From Octopus vulgaris (Eukaryota): DNA of 64,000 nucleotides. Below the pieces are notes generated by a model. It had not been told where the DNA came from, did no database searches, and worked only from the letters and a program-made list of their open reading frames with translations. Numbering within the stretch: the first letter of the stretch is position 1; each line of letters begins with the position of its first letter. The translations under genes and the position numbers were made by a program. The stretch is from assembly GCA_951406725.2 (NCBI GenBank), contig OX597830.1, positions 21,328,001-21,392,000 on the forward strand. Direction: 5' to 3'. Below are positions 12,140 to 27,029 of the stretch, piece by piece.

Positions 12140-12480
12140 TAGCGGCTATCTTTCTTTCTTCCTCTTGCCTTACTAGAGACAAGACACACTTTTGCCTATC
12201 TCCTGTCAAAGCTCGTTTCTCCAGCGTTCACTACTTCACCTCGTTATGGCTTAACAGACCTCGCTGTGTGTTTTTACCGTTTTGTTCTTACCGTCCTGTT
12301 TTTGTTACCACTCTAACCCTCCGCAAATCCCAAATTTTATATAATTTGCTTCGCGGGAACGACTGTTTTAACGAAGAGATTGTTCTTTACGTTGCCCGTC
12401 TCGTTTCTCTATTTGTTTGTTTCGTTGTTCAAAAAAAAGTTCGTTTTTATGTTCTCGTTTTTCATTTTCAAGATTTTTTT
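12140..12480 (+). repeat. Interspersed repeat, homologous in reverse orientation to 44090-44535
   Basis: gttaccactctaaccctccgcaaatcccaaattttat here versus ataaaatctgggattttttgcggagggtaacagtggtaac at 44288-44327; flanking similarity continues on both sides. Family unassigned, possibly a PLE terminus. Confidence 0.7.
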
Positions 12481-12503
12481 ACATTCTGTACTTATATATG
12501 CAT

Positions 12504-12572
<69 letters not shown>

Positions 12573-12673
12573 ACACACACACACATACACACAGACACAT
12601 ATATATATGTGTGTGTATATGAATACATAAACTTGTATATTCATATATAAACATATAATTATATATATATATA

Positions 12674-12710
<37 letters not shown>

Positions 12711-12721
12711 GATAGATAGAT

Positions 12722-12760
<39 letters not shown>

Positions 12761-12763
12761 AAA

Positions 12764-12855
<92 letters not shown>

Positions 12856-13019
12856 GTAGAAAGATAGGTGTGTATGTACACACATACGCATACATATATC
12901 CACATGTATAAAAATATACTCGCATATACATTTGTTTATACATATGTGCATGTCTGGCTGTATGTAACGAACCGGGAAATATACCTCCATGCATAAGTTG
13001 AAATGTGTATAGTTTTATA

Positions 13020-13108
13020 AGCCGAGGAGCTGCAGAGACTTAACGTTTCTTGCCGATGAACATATCAAACGAAATTCTAGGCTCTTGAGTCACTGAAGCT
13101 CCTCAGCT
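13020..13108. repeat. Short inverted repeat or tiny MITE
   Basis: agccgaggagctgcagagactt ... gagtcactgaagctcctcagct: 22-bp arms with 4 mismatches. Confidence 0.55.
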
Positions 13109-13434
13109 AATGGATAATGCGCGTGTATGTATGTGTATGTGAAAGTATGAGCATGCCTGCGTTCAGGTATTCACCTCTTAGAGTAATATGTTGGTTAATG
13201 AAAAGTATTCGTTAACGATAAAAATATGTTTATAAAGCCACGCATTGCGTCACAAGTGGTAATTATATTGATGGGTGCAGATATGTGTGATTGTTAATAT
13301 TAGTAGTGGAGAGTGTCTGAGGAATGTCGATGGTGTTGTTAATAATGAGAATTATATTGCATTAGCAATGGTTAAATACACAGATGCGTGTGTGCCTGTG
13401 TGTGTGTGTGTCTTTCTGTTTGTCTGCGTGTGTA

Positions 13435-13475
<41 letters not shown>

Positions 13476-13595
13476 GTTTATACGTATATATATATATGTT
13501 TATACGTATATATATATATATGTATAAGAATATATATGACAGTGTATATGAATTTATAATTTTAGGCTTGTATAGATACACATACACATATAGAA

Positions 13596-13650
<55 letters not shown>

Positions 13651-14594
13651 CGTACATACATGCACATACACTTAGATTCATACAACAGATACAAACATAT
13701 GTATATATGTATAATTATATATACATACATACATGTATATATATATACATATATATATACATATATATATACATATATATGTATATATATATATACACAC
13801 ACACATATATATATATATATATATGTATATGTATATATATATATACACACATACACACACGAACACACGCATATATATTCACACACATATACATACATAC
13901 ACGCTACGAAAACTTCAACGACAGCAAAAGCAACAACAACAAAATCAGCTGGAATTAATCGATACATCATTCATTTATATATTTAGTTTTATTTTTTTTT
14001 CTTTCCTTTTATACATATATATATATTTTATCCTGCTTGCTCAACAATTTCATTTAGAGTTTAGTTAATATAGACGGCAACAACTGAATTAACGGCAGGA
14101 TGTTGTGTGTTCCATAACGACTTAAAAGTGTCTGTTACCGCGCGGAGAGGTAGTGGACAAAACAGCAGAGATGTTACTAAACACCGCTTATCAACGCTAG
14201 AGAGCTCTCCAGTTTTGGGAGACAGGAAACTGTTAAACGTCATGAATAAAATGGCCGCGAAATTAAATATTTCTGTCTGTTTATTATTTTTTTGTGTGTG
14301 TTTTTTTGTGTTACATTTTCCGTTTTTTCTTTTTTTTTTTCACTTTTAATCTCTTTTTGTTATTTGTCATACGTTTGCATATATTTATTATTTTTGTTTC
14401 TTTTTTTTTGCAATTCTGCTTTGTATTATTTTGTGTTTTTTGGTTTCAATTGTTTGGTTATTTGTTTTAATTCCTTTTGTTATATGCGGCCTTTATTATT
14501 ATTATTTTTTTTGCATTTTTAATTCTTTCTTTATTTCTCTCCTGTTGTTTCTGTTTCCTTTCGTATCAGGATGAGTGACAGAACGAACGGTAGG

Positions 14595-14922
14595 GGGTGG
14601 CGGCGGCGGCGGTGGTGGCGGTGGAGGCGATGGTGGTGATGGTGGTGGTGATGTTGGAGGGGATGATGATGACGATGAAGATGATGATGGTGGATGGAGG
14701 TGATGATGATGATGCAATGGTGGTGGTGGCGGCGGCGACGGTGGTGATCGTGGTGGTGATGATGAGGGTTGTGATGGTTGCAGTGGTAGCAGTGGTTGTA
14801 ATTGGTCTCTTTCGTCGTCGTCGTGATGATGATGACAACGACGATGATGTAATGATGATGGACGATGATGATGATAATGATGACAACGATGATGATGATG
14901 ATGATGACGACGACGATGATGT

Positions 14923-14997
<75 letters not shown>

Positions 14998-15015
14998 CGA
15001 CGCTGATGATGACGG
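14595..15015. repeat. (GGT/GAT)n tract
   Basis: Direct reading. Confidence 0.95.
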
Positions 15016-15099
15016 TGTGGTGCATTAGAAGAATCAGCTGATATCCCAAAAAACTCACACCTTGAGGTATTTAGTTTATGTTTTTTGAACTCCTGAGTT

Positions 15100-16458
15100 C
15101 GAACCTCACCGAGCGAGATTCATTGGATGATCGAAGTGTGACGCCGCATCAAAGTCATAATCAGGTTTTCGAAGGACTACGACGGACGGGCACTGTTCGG
15201 TTCCTGGTACATTAATACCGTTTTCTTGTTGCACCTTGTTTGACTGTTTAGGAATAGTGCAGCCTCGGAGAAAGAGGGCGAACTTAAGGGCCTACTTCAC
15301 CAACCTGACACTGCTTTCGACAGAAGCGAGTGGAGTATTGTAAAAAACGGTTGGAAATTGAGATACAGACTACATTCCAGGACTTAGATGACAGTTTCGT
15401 AATCCTGGACATTACAGTCGCAAAAGCGACGTCGTTAGACAATTAATAGCATATTCCCCAGCTAGGACAGGGTAATGAGGGGTCTTTAGGATTTCAGAAG
15501 CATTGTTGAGAACGTCTCAAGGGTGACTGGTATGGCATCTCAGACAACCGTCTGGAAATACGCCAAAATTGTTTATTTCTCTTCTGACAAATGTTTATTG
15601 AAATTTGTTTAAGATTGGTAACATTCCCATCTGTATTAACCAGGATGTGAGGGCGTTTCTGAGATAGTGTAGGAATAACTGAGGGCGGTCGTAAAATCCC
15701 TTTAAACCTTTTTAGGGAGTTCCAGCTGTGTGACAGGTTCACATTGGACTTTTACAATGTGCCAACTAGGATATGAACAGCCCATATCGAGCAATGGAAA
15801 ATCAGATATCGATAGAGTATTTGTGAAATCAAGGGTTAAAGACAATAGTTTTTCTATAACCATAGGGCTCAGTTTAACAAACAGTTATGTAATATACACA
15901 GTCAATCTAGATATAACGCATATACAGGAGCTCGGTCATTAAAAGTTAACCATATTGTTTCTGGCGCTGGAAACCTGCATCAACTGGACGCGTGACGTAG
16001 TTAACCAGGTATTGACAGGGGCCGATTGTCAACAACAAGCGGTGGGTCGTCCTGAAAAGACTAAATAACTTCAGGGCAAAGTGAATAGCTACCAACAGAG
16101 AACAATACAGTTGAGGGAAACTAACCAGCAGATTTGAATAATTGTTTAGGAAAGTCATCATGACCGATGTAGAAGCGATGGAAAATGGTGCTGAGCTACT
16201 TCTTCAATATGAACAAAACATGAAGCTTATATAATCAGAGTTGAAGCATGTGCTCTTAGACACGTGGAAATAAAAAGCCGTTCATTGGGTTTGGATGATA
16301 GAGACGAGACGGAGCTCTTTGAAAGACTACGAACGACGCGCGCGTACTATTCGATTCTAAGTAGATGTGCGCAATTTTTGAACAGCGCCTTCTCTGAGTT
16401 TTTTGTGAGTCATAGTGAACCAGAGACAGTGGACTCCAGTACCTTCTTGGCCAACCTG

Positions 16459-16460
<2 letters not shown>
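15100..16460 (+). pseudogene. Decayed Tx1/L1-clade LINE ORF2 5' part (APE endonuclease and linker)
   Basis: Frame-broken motifs in the expected APE order: SGVL..EIEIQTTFQDLDDSFVILDITV, RQLIAYSP (VYAP), GDWYGISD (GDFN), FQLCDRFTLD, SDIDRVFV (RIDR), ELGH*KLTILFL (GPGYWKLNxSLL). Many stops and frameshifts. Confidence 0.75.
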
Positions 16461-16504
<44 letters not shown>

Positions 16505-16911
16505 CCACCCAGCGAACACCCACCATGGGTCATCACAATTGCTTAAGGTAAAAATGAATTCCTCGCTCTTTCGGAAACATCAATCTTCTGTATTGACTGC
16601 TTTCCACCACTTTGATCTGTTTTTTGTATTGAATACGTATCGCCACCGTGGGCCACTGCATCGAACACTTTGAACATATAGCATGAATGAACTTACTTCA
16701 AACTATATATCAACTATACATGAACTCTAAGATGTCTGACTCCGTTGTGTATTATAAATGAATTTCTTGTGTTTGACGGCATGAGCTGTCTTTTTTTATA
16801 TATAACTTTTTTTGATAAGATTCATTTCAGGAACTGAAACATGTTATAATGTATATATAAAAATTAAAAATTGTATAATATAGCAGCATTTTCGAACTTC
16901 ACTTTTTACAA

Positions 16912-17039
<128 letters not shown>

Positions 17040-17042
17040 AGA

Positions 17043-17357
<315 letters not shown>

Positions 17358-17366
17358 GTATATGTA

Positions 17367-17402
<36 letters not shown>

Positions 17403-17499
17403 TGTATGTATGTATGTATGTATGTATGTATGTATGTATTTCGTTTTGGGATTTGGTTTGCAAGAGTCATTATGTGAGTTCGTGTGTTGAAGAATATTC

Positions 17500-17760
17500 A
17501 GTTGTGTCTGGGGAGTCATTCTCTTTTAGTACTTTACAATTTAACACGCTCACCAGTAAAATTTCCACTTATTTCTTTTTTATTTTCTAAAATTTTCGTT
17601 GCGTCCTGCAACCTTTTCAGTAGTTTTGACTCTCCAGAAAAGTTTGCAAGACGCAACGAAAATTTTAGAAAAATAAAAAAAAAAATTAATTGGAAATTTT
17701 ACCGGTGAATGTGTTAAACTATAAGGCACCAAAATAGAATGACTCTCCCTAGACACAACT
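17500..17760. repeat. Inverted duplication (~120-bp arms, 18-bp spacer) of a hammerhead-like terminus
   Basis: agttgtgtctggggagtcattc...gttgcgtcctgcaaccttttc versus gaaaagtttgcaagacgcaac...gaatgactctccctagacacaact. The left arm on the minus strand reads CTGAAAAG-gttgc-aggac-gcaac-GAA-AATT-T. Confidence 0.9.
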
Positions 17761-17868
17761 ATATGGGGAGAATTTACAGAAAAAACCCCAAAACAAAATA
17801 AAAGAGGAATACAGGTGGTGTAGACAACCAACAGATGTATTAGTATAACGCTCGGGAAGTGAAGAAGT

Positions 17869-17904
17869 CTTTAACGTTTCGAGCCTACGCTCTTCCACAG
17901 AAAG
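17869..17904 (-). ncRNA. Minimal hammerhead-like motif (variant core), same family as 5884-5918
   Basis: Minus strand cttt-CTGTGGA-a-gagc-gtag-gctc-GAA-ACGT-T-aaag. Stems I and II pair, but A6 is U. Confidence 0.6.
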
Positions 17905-17954
17905 GAACACAGAAAGAAACAAAGAGAGAAAATAAAGAAGGTGTAGTGGCTAGC

Positions 17955-17993
<39 letters not shown>

Positions 17994-17997
<4 letters not shown>

Positions 17998-18180
17998 CCA
18001 TGCCTGGGTCATAAGCTCCGGTTTCCCGGTTTCCTTGGTGTATAGGTTCCCCACCTGGACGGGACGCCGGTCCGTCGCAGGTGAGCTGCAAGATGCAGGA
18101 GTAAAGAACGAGAGAAAGTTGTGGCAAAAGAGTCAGCAGAAGTTCGCCATTACCTTCTGCCTCGGTCATAAACACACACA
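17994..18180 (-). mobile_element. Type D SINE, partial
   Basis: Closely similar to 725-930 (ccatgcctgg...ggacgggacgccggtccgtcgcagg...agcagaagttcgccattacc). Confidence 0.85.
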
Positions 18181-18216
18181 CAGAATACGTACATACATAA
18201 TACATACATACATACA

Positions 18217-18250
<34 letters not shown>

Positions 18251-18473
18251 AAGATGTAGCATGGCGGTAAGTAGTTTGCTTCCCGACCACGTGCTTTCGG
18301 GTTCAATCCCACTGCGCAGCGCCTTGGAGAAAATGCCTTTCATTACAACCCATCATCATCATCATCATCACCATCATCAGGAACATCATCATCGTCATCA
18401 TCGTCATCATCATCGTCATCGTCATGTTTATCATCATCATTATCATCATTCTACACTCCACCTCCTCCTCTCC

Positions 18474-18525
<52 letters not shown>

Positions 18526-18804
18526 AGCTGCTGCTGCTGCTGCTATTGCTGTTGTGGCTGCTATAAAGCAAACTTTACACATAGACGGTACTTTCCAAGA
18601 CCCTGGAGGTGAGGATAGCATCGGAGAAATTTTTTTAGTAATCGAACACAATCTGTGCTTATCTTTGTTGATTCCCTCTGCTGTTCACTTCAATTATGGA
18701 TTAAGTGATCAATATATCGATTTTTATAGGCATAATAGAATACTTTATTTTTTTCCATATTCCAGAAACCATTTTGCTCGTCCAATAAGTATGCTTGTGT
18801 ATAT

Positions 18805-18872
<68 letters not shown>

Positions 18873-18989
18873 GCATACACACGCACACGCACACATATAT
18901 ATGTATACATATCTGTATGAATATATATATATATATGTATGTACCTGTGTAGATGTATATACATATACATATAAGTATATTTATGCATA

Positions 18990-19025
<36 letters not shown>

Positions 19026-19269
19026 CATACACACACACATATATATATACATAGAAGCATGCACATATATATGTATGTATACACATATATATATATACAT
19101 GTATATATATATATACATGTATGTATGTATACATATATATACGTATACACACACACACATCTATTTATATAAATAAATAAATATGTGTGTGTCTACACAC
19201 ACACACACATACATATATATGTATGTATGTATACATATACATGCACTCATACACTACGCATACACTTAT

Positions 19270-19945
19270 CGACAAACAGATAGTTACGCTGATAACCGAT
19301 TAAAACTACGTTCACCAATCACATTTGGAAGTTGAAAGAGATCAACGTAGCCTAGAACACTCAATAGCAAATTCCAGAAAGAAATGCAAGCTTAGCCCAG
19401 CATAAAGAAACAACATGTTTCTAGTTGAAACTGAAGAACTCTGCAAACTGTTTAAACATCAGAGCAAATTTCTTGACAGTGGTCCACTATTTTTATAAGT
19501 TGCCGTCCTGCCAGGAGATATTACCGCTCGCAATAGACCGATCCGTAGCTTGACAAACATTCAACATCCACCATATGCGCTGCGGATTCCTATAAGATGT
19601 AAACTGTCCTGTTCATTACTTTCTTCTCTCTTTTTTTTTCTTTTGCCATACCTGTAGCTAACATCTCTGTTCCTCCAGCTATCAAGAGCACTGCATCACT
19701 GTCACTACATCACTGTCAACAATGCATTTCGTTAAACCTTCTACTTTTAATCTCATATGCATATTAATCCCCTTCCTCTATTTTTTTCTCTCCTGTTAAA
19801 ATACAATCTGTCAACATCTGCCTTTGGGTGTAAGTCGCTGTAGGTTGTCAGAAATTTCCTTGTTTTTCTATCTACCTTTTCAAGATTTTCCTTTGTCTAT
19901 TTGATTATTCCAGGGCCGTATCTGATGATGGATAATACTTCCGTG
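19270..19945 (+). pseudogene. Penelope-like element GIY-YIG C-terminal remnant plus 3' region
   Basis: TTFTNHIWKLKEINV, NSRKKCKL and NCLNIRANFL resemble the PLE endonuclease motifs LSKHIWKLK, KRCNLC and LLNKRSEL. A half hammerhead core tctgatgatgga lies at 19921. Confidence 0.6.
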
Positions 19946-20054
19946 TTCATGGCACTGACGATGTTTTAATATCGTTTTTAACATTCTCCAAAACCTTCGA
20001 AATATTCTCTCCTGACTTTGTCTTTCATTATTTCATCGTTTGTACCCATCAGGT

Positions 20055-20965
<911 letters not shown>

Positions 20966-21381
20966 TGTTAGCCACTATATTTTCTTCACAAAAATCTGTT
21001 CTACTTAGTTTTCACCTTTCGCATTTTCTTCTCCACAGAGAGAACAACATGTATTTTATATTATTTTATATTATTTTGTAGTATGATTTTGGTTTCCCTT
21101 GCATCTTTTATGCATTTTCTTTCTTCATCTTTCCACGATGACAGTAAAAGGATTAAGATATCCTTTTGTTTATTTTTGTTTCCATGTCTTTCCAACTAAT
21201 GTCATCTCTTATTGTCAGGGTTAATACAAACTCATATATTTAAAAATATATAACAAAAAAGCACTAAGAACAATGGTGACGATGCAGTATTTATATGTAT
21301 ATGTATATGTATATATGGATAGGTATATGTGTATATATATGTATATCTATCTATCTATCTATCTATCTCTCTATCTCTCTT

Positions 21382-21480
<99 letters not shown>

Positions 21481-21729
21481 TATATACACACACACATATA
21501 TATGTATATCTATATTTGAATGCACTCATAAATACATGTATATACACGCAAATTTATATATACACATATATATGCATACATATAGACATATATATATATA
21601 TATATATATAATCACACACATATACATATATACATACGTACATATATATATAGAATATATATACATATATAAGCATGAGTATAAATATAGCTATGTGTAC
21701 GTATATATGTATGCATATATATATATATG

Positions 21730-21773
<44 letters not shown>

Positions 21774-21925
21774 TATACACACACAAACACTCACATATAC
21801 ACATATATATGTATATATACATATAGTTTCACATCCAACATACATATTTCACTATGTGTTTGTATATGTGTATATATGTATATATCTATAGATATATATG
21901 TAAATATATGCATGACCACACGTAG

Positions 21926-21957
<32 letters not shown>

Positions 21958-22020
21958 ACATATATATATATACATATACAAATAAATATATATACAAATA
22001 AATATACATACAAATAAATA

Positions 22021-22064
<44 letters not shown>

Positions 22065-22389
22065 CATACACACATACATTTAGACATATGCATTATATTA
22101 TAGATATTTTGATCTTCAGTCAATAGCTGATGAAAGTGTATGAAGGGTATGGTGACCTACCTTGTATCGTTTCTGTTTTACCTGTTGATACCCTTTTAAT
22201 TTTTCTATTTGACGGTGGAGGCACGCAACACAATCTATTATGTATACATAAAACACACACATATGTGGCGGGTATATATATGTTTAAAGTTTTGGTCTAC
22301 ATAATAAGCTTTCTGTCGGTTCCCCCATTTCCATCTTGTTCTCTTTATTTCGAGTCTTTGCGGATCATGTACAGTATTATTTTATTCTT

Positions 22390-22540
22390 CTATTTGTTTC
22401 AGTCATTTGACTGCCGCCAAGCTGGAGCACCGCCTTTAGTCGAACAAATCGACACCAGGACTTTTTCTTTGTAAGCCTAGTACTTATTCTATCGGTCTCT
22501 TTAACCGAACCGCTGAGTTGCGGGGACGTAAACAAAACAA
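22390..22540 (-). mobile_element. Type A SINE 3' half
   Basis: tgtttcagtcatttgactgc...gctggagcaccgcctttagtcg...ctatcggtctc. Confidence 0.8.
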
Positions 22541-23089
22541 ACATCACTATAGTATCATAAAACTCTGCTGTATTATTCTTGTTGATGACAACCTTGAGGA
22601 CGAAACATCATGCTGCTCCGGCTAAACAATACATGCGCATCGTTTTAGTATCGGTGTAACAAGGTTCTTTCTGCCTTATGTCTTATACATAAGCATAAGC
22701 AAATTAATCTTTTGTTTGTTATAGAACACTCATGGAGCAAAATAGTTCGATTAAAGCGTTTAAGAAGACCCCCGTGAAATACACCACCCCATATATATGT
22801 TCAACGTACATAAATACATATGTGTATGCATGTACACAGACACACACGCACACAGATGTGTGTATGCTTATACCTGTATATATATTTATATATACATTTA
22901 CAATGTATATGTATAGATATACATACATATACATACATATATATATGTACATACATACACACATATATACATACACACATACATACATACGTACATACAT
23001 ACATACATACATACATGCATGCATACAAACATAAATATATACATATATATACATATATATACATACACATACATACATACATATATACA

Positions 23090-23152
<63 letters not shown>

Positions 23153-23224
23153 CGCATGCATATACAGATGGCTAAATTATGGTATCACTCGATAACACGA
23201 ACAGGATAAGGATACTCAGACTGG

Positions 23225-23545
23225 TTCTCCGTCGGTTAAGGCGACGAGTTTTTTACTTGATCCGATCAACAGAACAGCTTGCTCGCGAAACTATCGTGCA
23301 AGTGGCTGAGTATTCCACAGACATGCGTAACCATAACATACTTTTTAGAGAGGTTCAGTGTGACCCAGAATGTGACAAGGCTGGTCGTTTGAAATAGACG
23401 TGCTTCTCATTTTGCCAGCTGAATCAGTTGGAGCAACGTGAAGTAAAGTGTCTTGATCAAGAACACAATGTATCGCCGGGAATCGAGCTCACTATCTTCT
23501 GATCGTGAACTGAATTCTCTGAGCACTAGATCACGTGCCATCACT
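23225..23545 (-). mobile_element. Type C SINE with the cacttgcacg-type tail
   Basis: ctccgtcggttaaggcgacga...gtgcaagtggctgag...tgtgacaaggctgg...ggagcaacgtgaagtaaagtgtcttg...gggaatcgagctc. Confidence 0.8.
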
Positions 23546-23749
23546 GAAGTATGCAAAAATGACTTGGTTTAAAGTATGCAATGAATAAATACTGAGAGTT
23601 AAAATGTTTAATTGAAAGAGTGAGTCCAACAAAAGAAGGTTTCTTTCGTTCGATACACATTACACACACACACACACACAAACATACACTTACGTTCGTG
23701 TCTCTCATGTATAAGCATATACATTCATTTATATATATACATTTGCAGC

Positions 23750-24010
23750 AGAACCCAATACTTTATGAGTAAATTTGGTTGATGGAAACTGTGTGGAAGA
23801 CCATTGTGTATGTGTGTATGTGTGTGTGTGTGCGTGTGTGTGTTTGAGTTCGTTTGTCCCACCACTTGGCAACCGGCATTACTTTGTTTACGTCTGTCGT
23901 GACTAGCGGTTCGGCAAAGGTAGCCAATGGAATAAGTATCCGACTTTAAAAAGACAACACGGTGGTGCCCCAGCATGGTCGCAACCCAATGATTGAAACA
24001 AGTAAACTGT
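23750..24010 (+). mobile_element. Diverged type A SINE, 3' part
   Basis: ggaaactgtgtggaagacc...gcggttcggcaaagg...ccagcatggtcgca...gattgaaacaagtaaa. Confidence 0.7.
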
Positions 24011-24387
24011 ATAAAAGCCATAAAGCCTTTTATATCGTTATAAATTTTCCTGAATGTCTTGGAGTGGTGCAGTCAGCAGAATGACAAACAAAACAACAAA
24101 AAAAGTATGTCGAATTCTGTTATTGCCATTCTCGTTTTGAGTTCGATTCCTGGTCAATCCGTCTACCCGCCCCCTTAACTCTCCAGCACTCTTCTCTCTG
24201 TGTGGTTAAGGTGGCTGACCTTTTTCACTCGCTACGAGTACTTCATCTTTCTCAGATTGTGACGCGGGACAAGAAAATTCGAGAACTTGTTTTTCTGAAA
24301 TGGGATAATATATATGAAATATGTACCACTGTGTGTGTATGTGTGAGTGTGTGTGTGTGTGGGGGGAGTGAGAGAGAGAGAATGGAA

Positions 24388-24418
<31 letters not shown>

Positions 24419-24798
24419 GGAAGGGTGTCCGTGCGCTTTATGTACACAGATTTTTTTCTGAGTGGTTTTATGGTGTTGTGTAACATAATTATACATCTTG
24501 AAAATATTGTGCTTAATCACTTTTTAGTGCAACAAACACATACATACATACATACATACATACATACATACATACATACATACATACATTCATTCATACA
24601 GACATGAAGACACGCACAGACACAGAGACATACACACACACATACATACGCATATATTGCTTACGTCATGAGAATTAAGAAACTTCGAGAGATATAAAAG
24701 AAATCCTTTTTACGCTGAAACTCTAAGCAGATAAACCTATATAAATGACACTAGATTATTGGGTTTTCAAAAATCCTTAGATGAAAAAAAAAAAAAAA

Positions 24799-24869
24799 AC
24801 TGCGCGTGGGACTCGAACTCACCTCCCCAATAAGTACAACTGATGTTTTACCATTATACCAAATCAACT
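24799..24869 (-). repeat. tRNA-like SINE head or tRNA pseudogene
   Basis: Minus strand gttgatttggtataatggtaaaac (A box)...gtgagttcgagtcccac (B box and T arm). No proper acceptor stem. Confidence 0.5.
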
Positions 24870-25016
24870 TTTTCTCATGTGTTTTTCTTTCCATTTTAGT
24901 AACTTTCGTCTCTTAGAGTCGAGCATTGCATGTTGTTTACGTTATAAGGATTTTAAAGACTTCATGAGGTACGAAATAACTCGCTTATTAACGGTGGAAC
25001 ACGAAGCAGCTTGGCT

Positions 25017-25320
25017 CGGTACTCCGTCGGTTGCGGCGACGAATGTTCCTGTGGATTCTCCCAACGAGAACAGCCTGCTCGTGAAATTAACATGCAGGTG
25101 GCCAAGCACTCCACAGACACGCGTATCCTCAATGTGGATCTCAGAGAGATTCGGCGTGACACAGAATGTGACAAAGTTGGCCCTTTTAATGACAGCTACA
25201 ACTCATTTGTTGCCAGCTGAGTTGACTGGAGCAACGTGAAATAAAGTGTCTTGCTCAAGGACGCAACATGCCGTCGGGAATCGAACTCATGAATACTCTA
25301 ACCACTAAGCAATGCGCCTA
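25017..25320 (-). mobile_element. Type C SINE with the cacttgcacg-type tail
   Basis: actccgtcggttgcggcgacg...acagcctgctcgtgaaattaac...aaagtgtcttgctcaaggac...ctaaccactaagcaatgcgcc. Confidence 0.85.
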
Positions 25321-25640
25321 TATCAATGGAACTCGAAGCAGACAAAAGCTATATGTGTCAACGTGTAGCATACTAGGTTAGAAAAATCCCTTGTATGTAA
25401 AAAATTCGACGGTGGCCAATTTAGTTGATATCTTTCGAAGTTCCTAAATTCCTATGACGTATACGGCATACAGTTTTCGCCGGTAAGAACAAGTGTTTCT
25501 AAAATAGACGAATAAAATTGGAAGGATGGCTTTGATATAACGCTAGAACGTCTGTCATGGTCACAGAAGACGTAAATTAGAGTCCCACGGCAGCCTTCGA
25601 TTTTTCCAACCAATGGCAGCTTTTAACCCAATATTCTTTA

Positions 25641-25696
<56 letters not shown>

Positions 25697-25697
25697 G

Positions 25698-25912
25698 TGA
25701 AGGCGCATGGCTCAGTGGTTAGAGCATCGAGCTTACGATCGTGGGGTTGTGAGTTCGAATTCCGGACCGGGCTGCGTGTTGTGTTCTTGAGCAAGACACT
25801 TTATTTCACGTTGCTCCACTTCACACAGCTGTAGAAATGAGTTGCGACGTCACAGGTGCCAAGCCGTATCGGCCTTTACTTGTCCCACGGTCAGTCATGA
25901 CCGAAGGGGTTC
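25698..25912 (+). mobile_element. Type C SINE, well-preserved head
   Basis: gaaggcgcatggctcagtggttagagc...gagttcgaattcc...ttgtgttcttgagcaagacactttatttcacgttgctcc...catgaccgaagggg. Confidence 0.9.
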
Positions 25913-25939
25913 TCAGCGATTATTATTATTGGCTTTATC

Positions 25940-26075
25940 AAGGCGACGAGCTGGCAGAATCGTTAGCACGCTGGTCAAAACAGTGGAGGTATTTTTCCGT
26001 TTTTACATTCTGGGTTCAAATGCCACTGGGGTCGACTTTGCTTTTATCCTTTTGGTGTTGATAAAATAAAGTACC
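25940..26075 (+). mobile_element. Type B SINE, 5' part
   Basis: aggcgacgagctggcagaatcgttagcac...gggttcaaatgcc...gtcgactttgcttttatcc. Confidence 0.8.
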
Positions 26076-26379
26076 CCTAAAAACGATTTATTCCACATAA
26101 ATACACACACACACACGCACACACACAAACATTATATCTTTAGAAGAAGAGTGGTGACAGTGACTTCGAAGTCACTGCCTTCACGAGACTGTCCAATGAA
26201 GGCTAGCGGGACAAAAAATCGAAGTCACATTTACCGCTCATTTTTTGTAGATATAATAAATAGATACTTCGCAAAAGTACAATGGGCACTTTACAAAAAT
26301 CATTGTGTATTCCTTCATTTTCTTGTAAAAAAAAAACATACATTATATATAACCTGACATGAAAGCCAACATCAATATG

Positions 26380-26475
<96 letters not shown>

Positions 26476-26493
26476 GAGAGAGAGAGAGTAGAG

Positions 26494-26621
<128 letters not shown>

Positions 26622-27029
26622 TATATATAGATACAGATATATACTTATATATGTATATGTATGTATTAATCGTATTTACCAGACCTTAGAATGGCCGAGA
26701 GAATAATGATCTGTAATAAAAAAAAATCAATCACTGATATGGTTATAAAAGATAATTAATGATAACATAACTAAGTACAATAGTAATTACATATAATTAT
26801 TCGCGGGCAGTATACAAGGGCCGTATATATATTATTTATTGATTGATACAAACTGATATCTATAAAAGATCAGGTTTGTTTTCTGTGCAAGATTACAATA
26901 TCGAGTCTATTGTGCTTAAGTTCGGTTGATCTTGTTTGAAGCATTCTGGTAATATTCCATGTTCTAAGATATATGCAAATATACAATTCTTCGACATGGT
27001 GTGGGTAGTGGGGAGGTCCTTTATCTGCT

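Noticed and set aside
25698-25772. tRNA gene (also 43640-43710, 46528-46600, 53945-54010)
   Set aside because: A and B boxes are present but there is no paired acceptor stem, and most continue directly into a SINE body.
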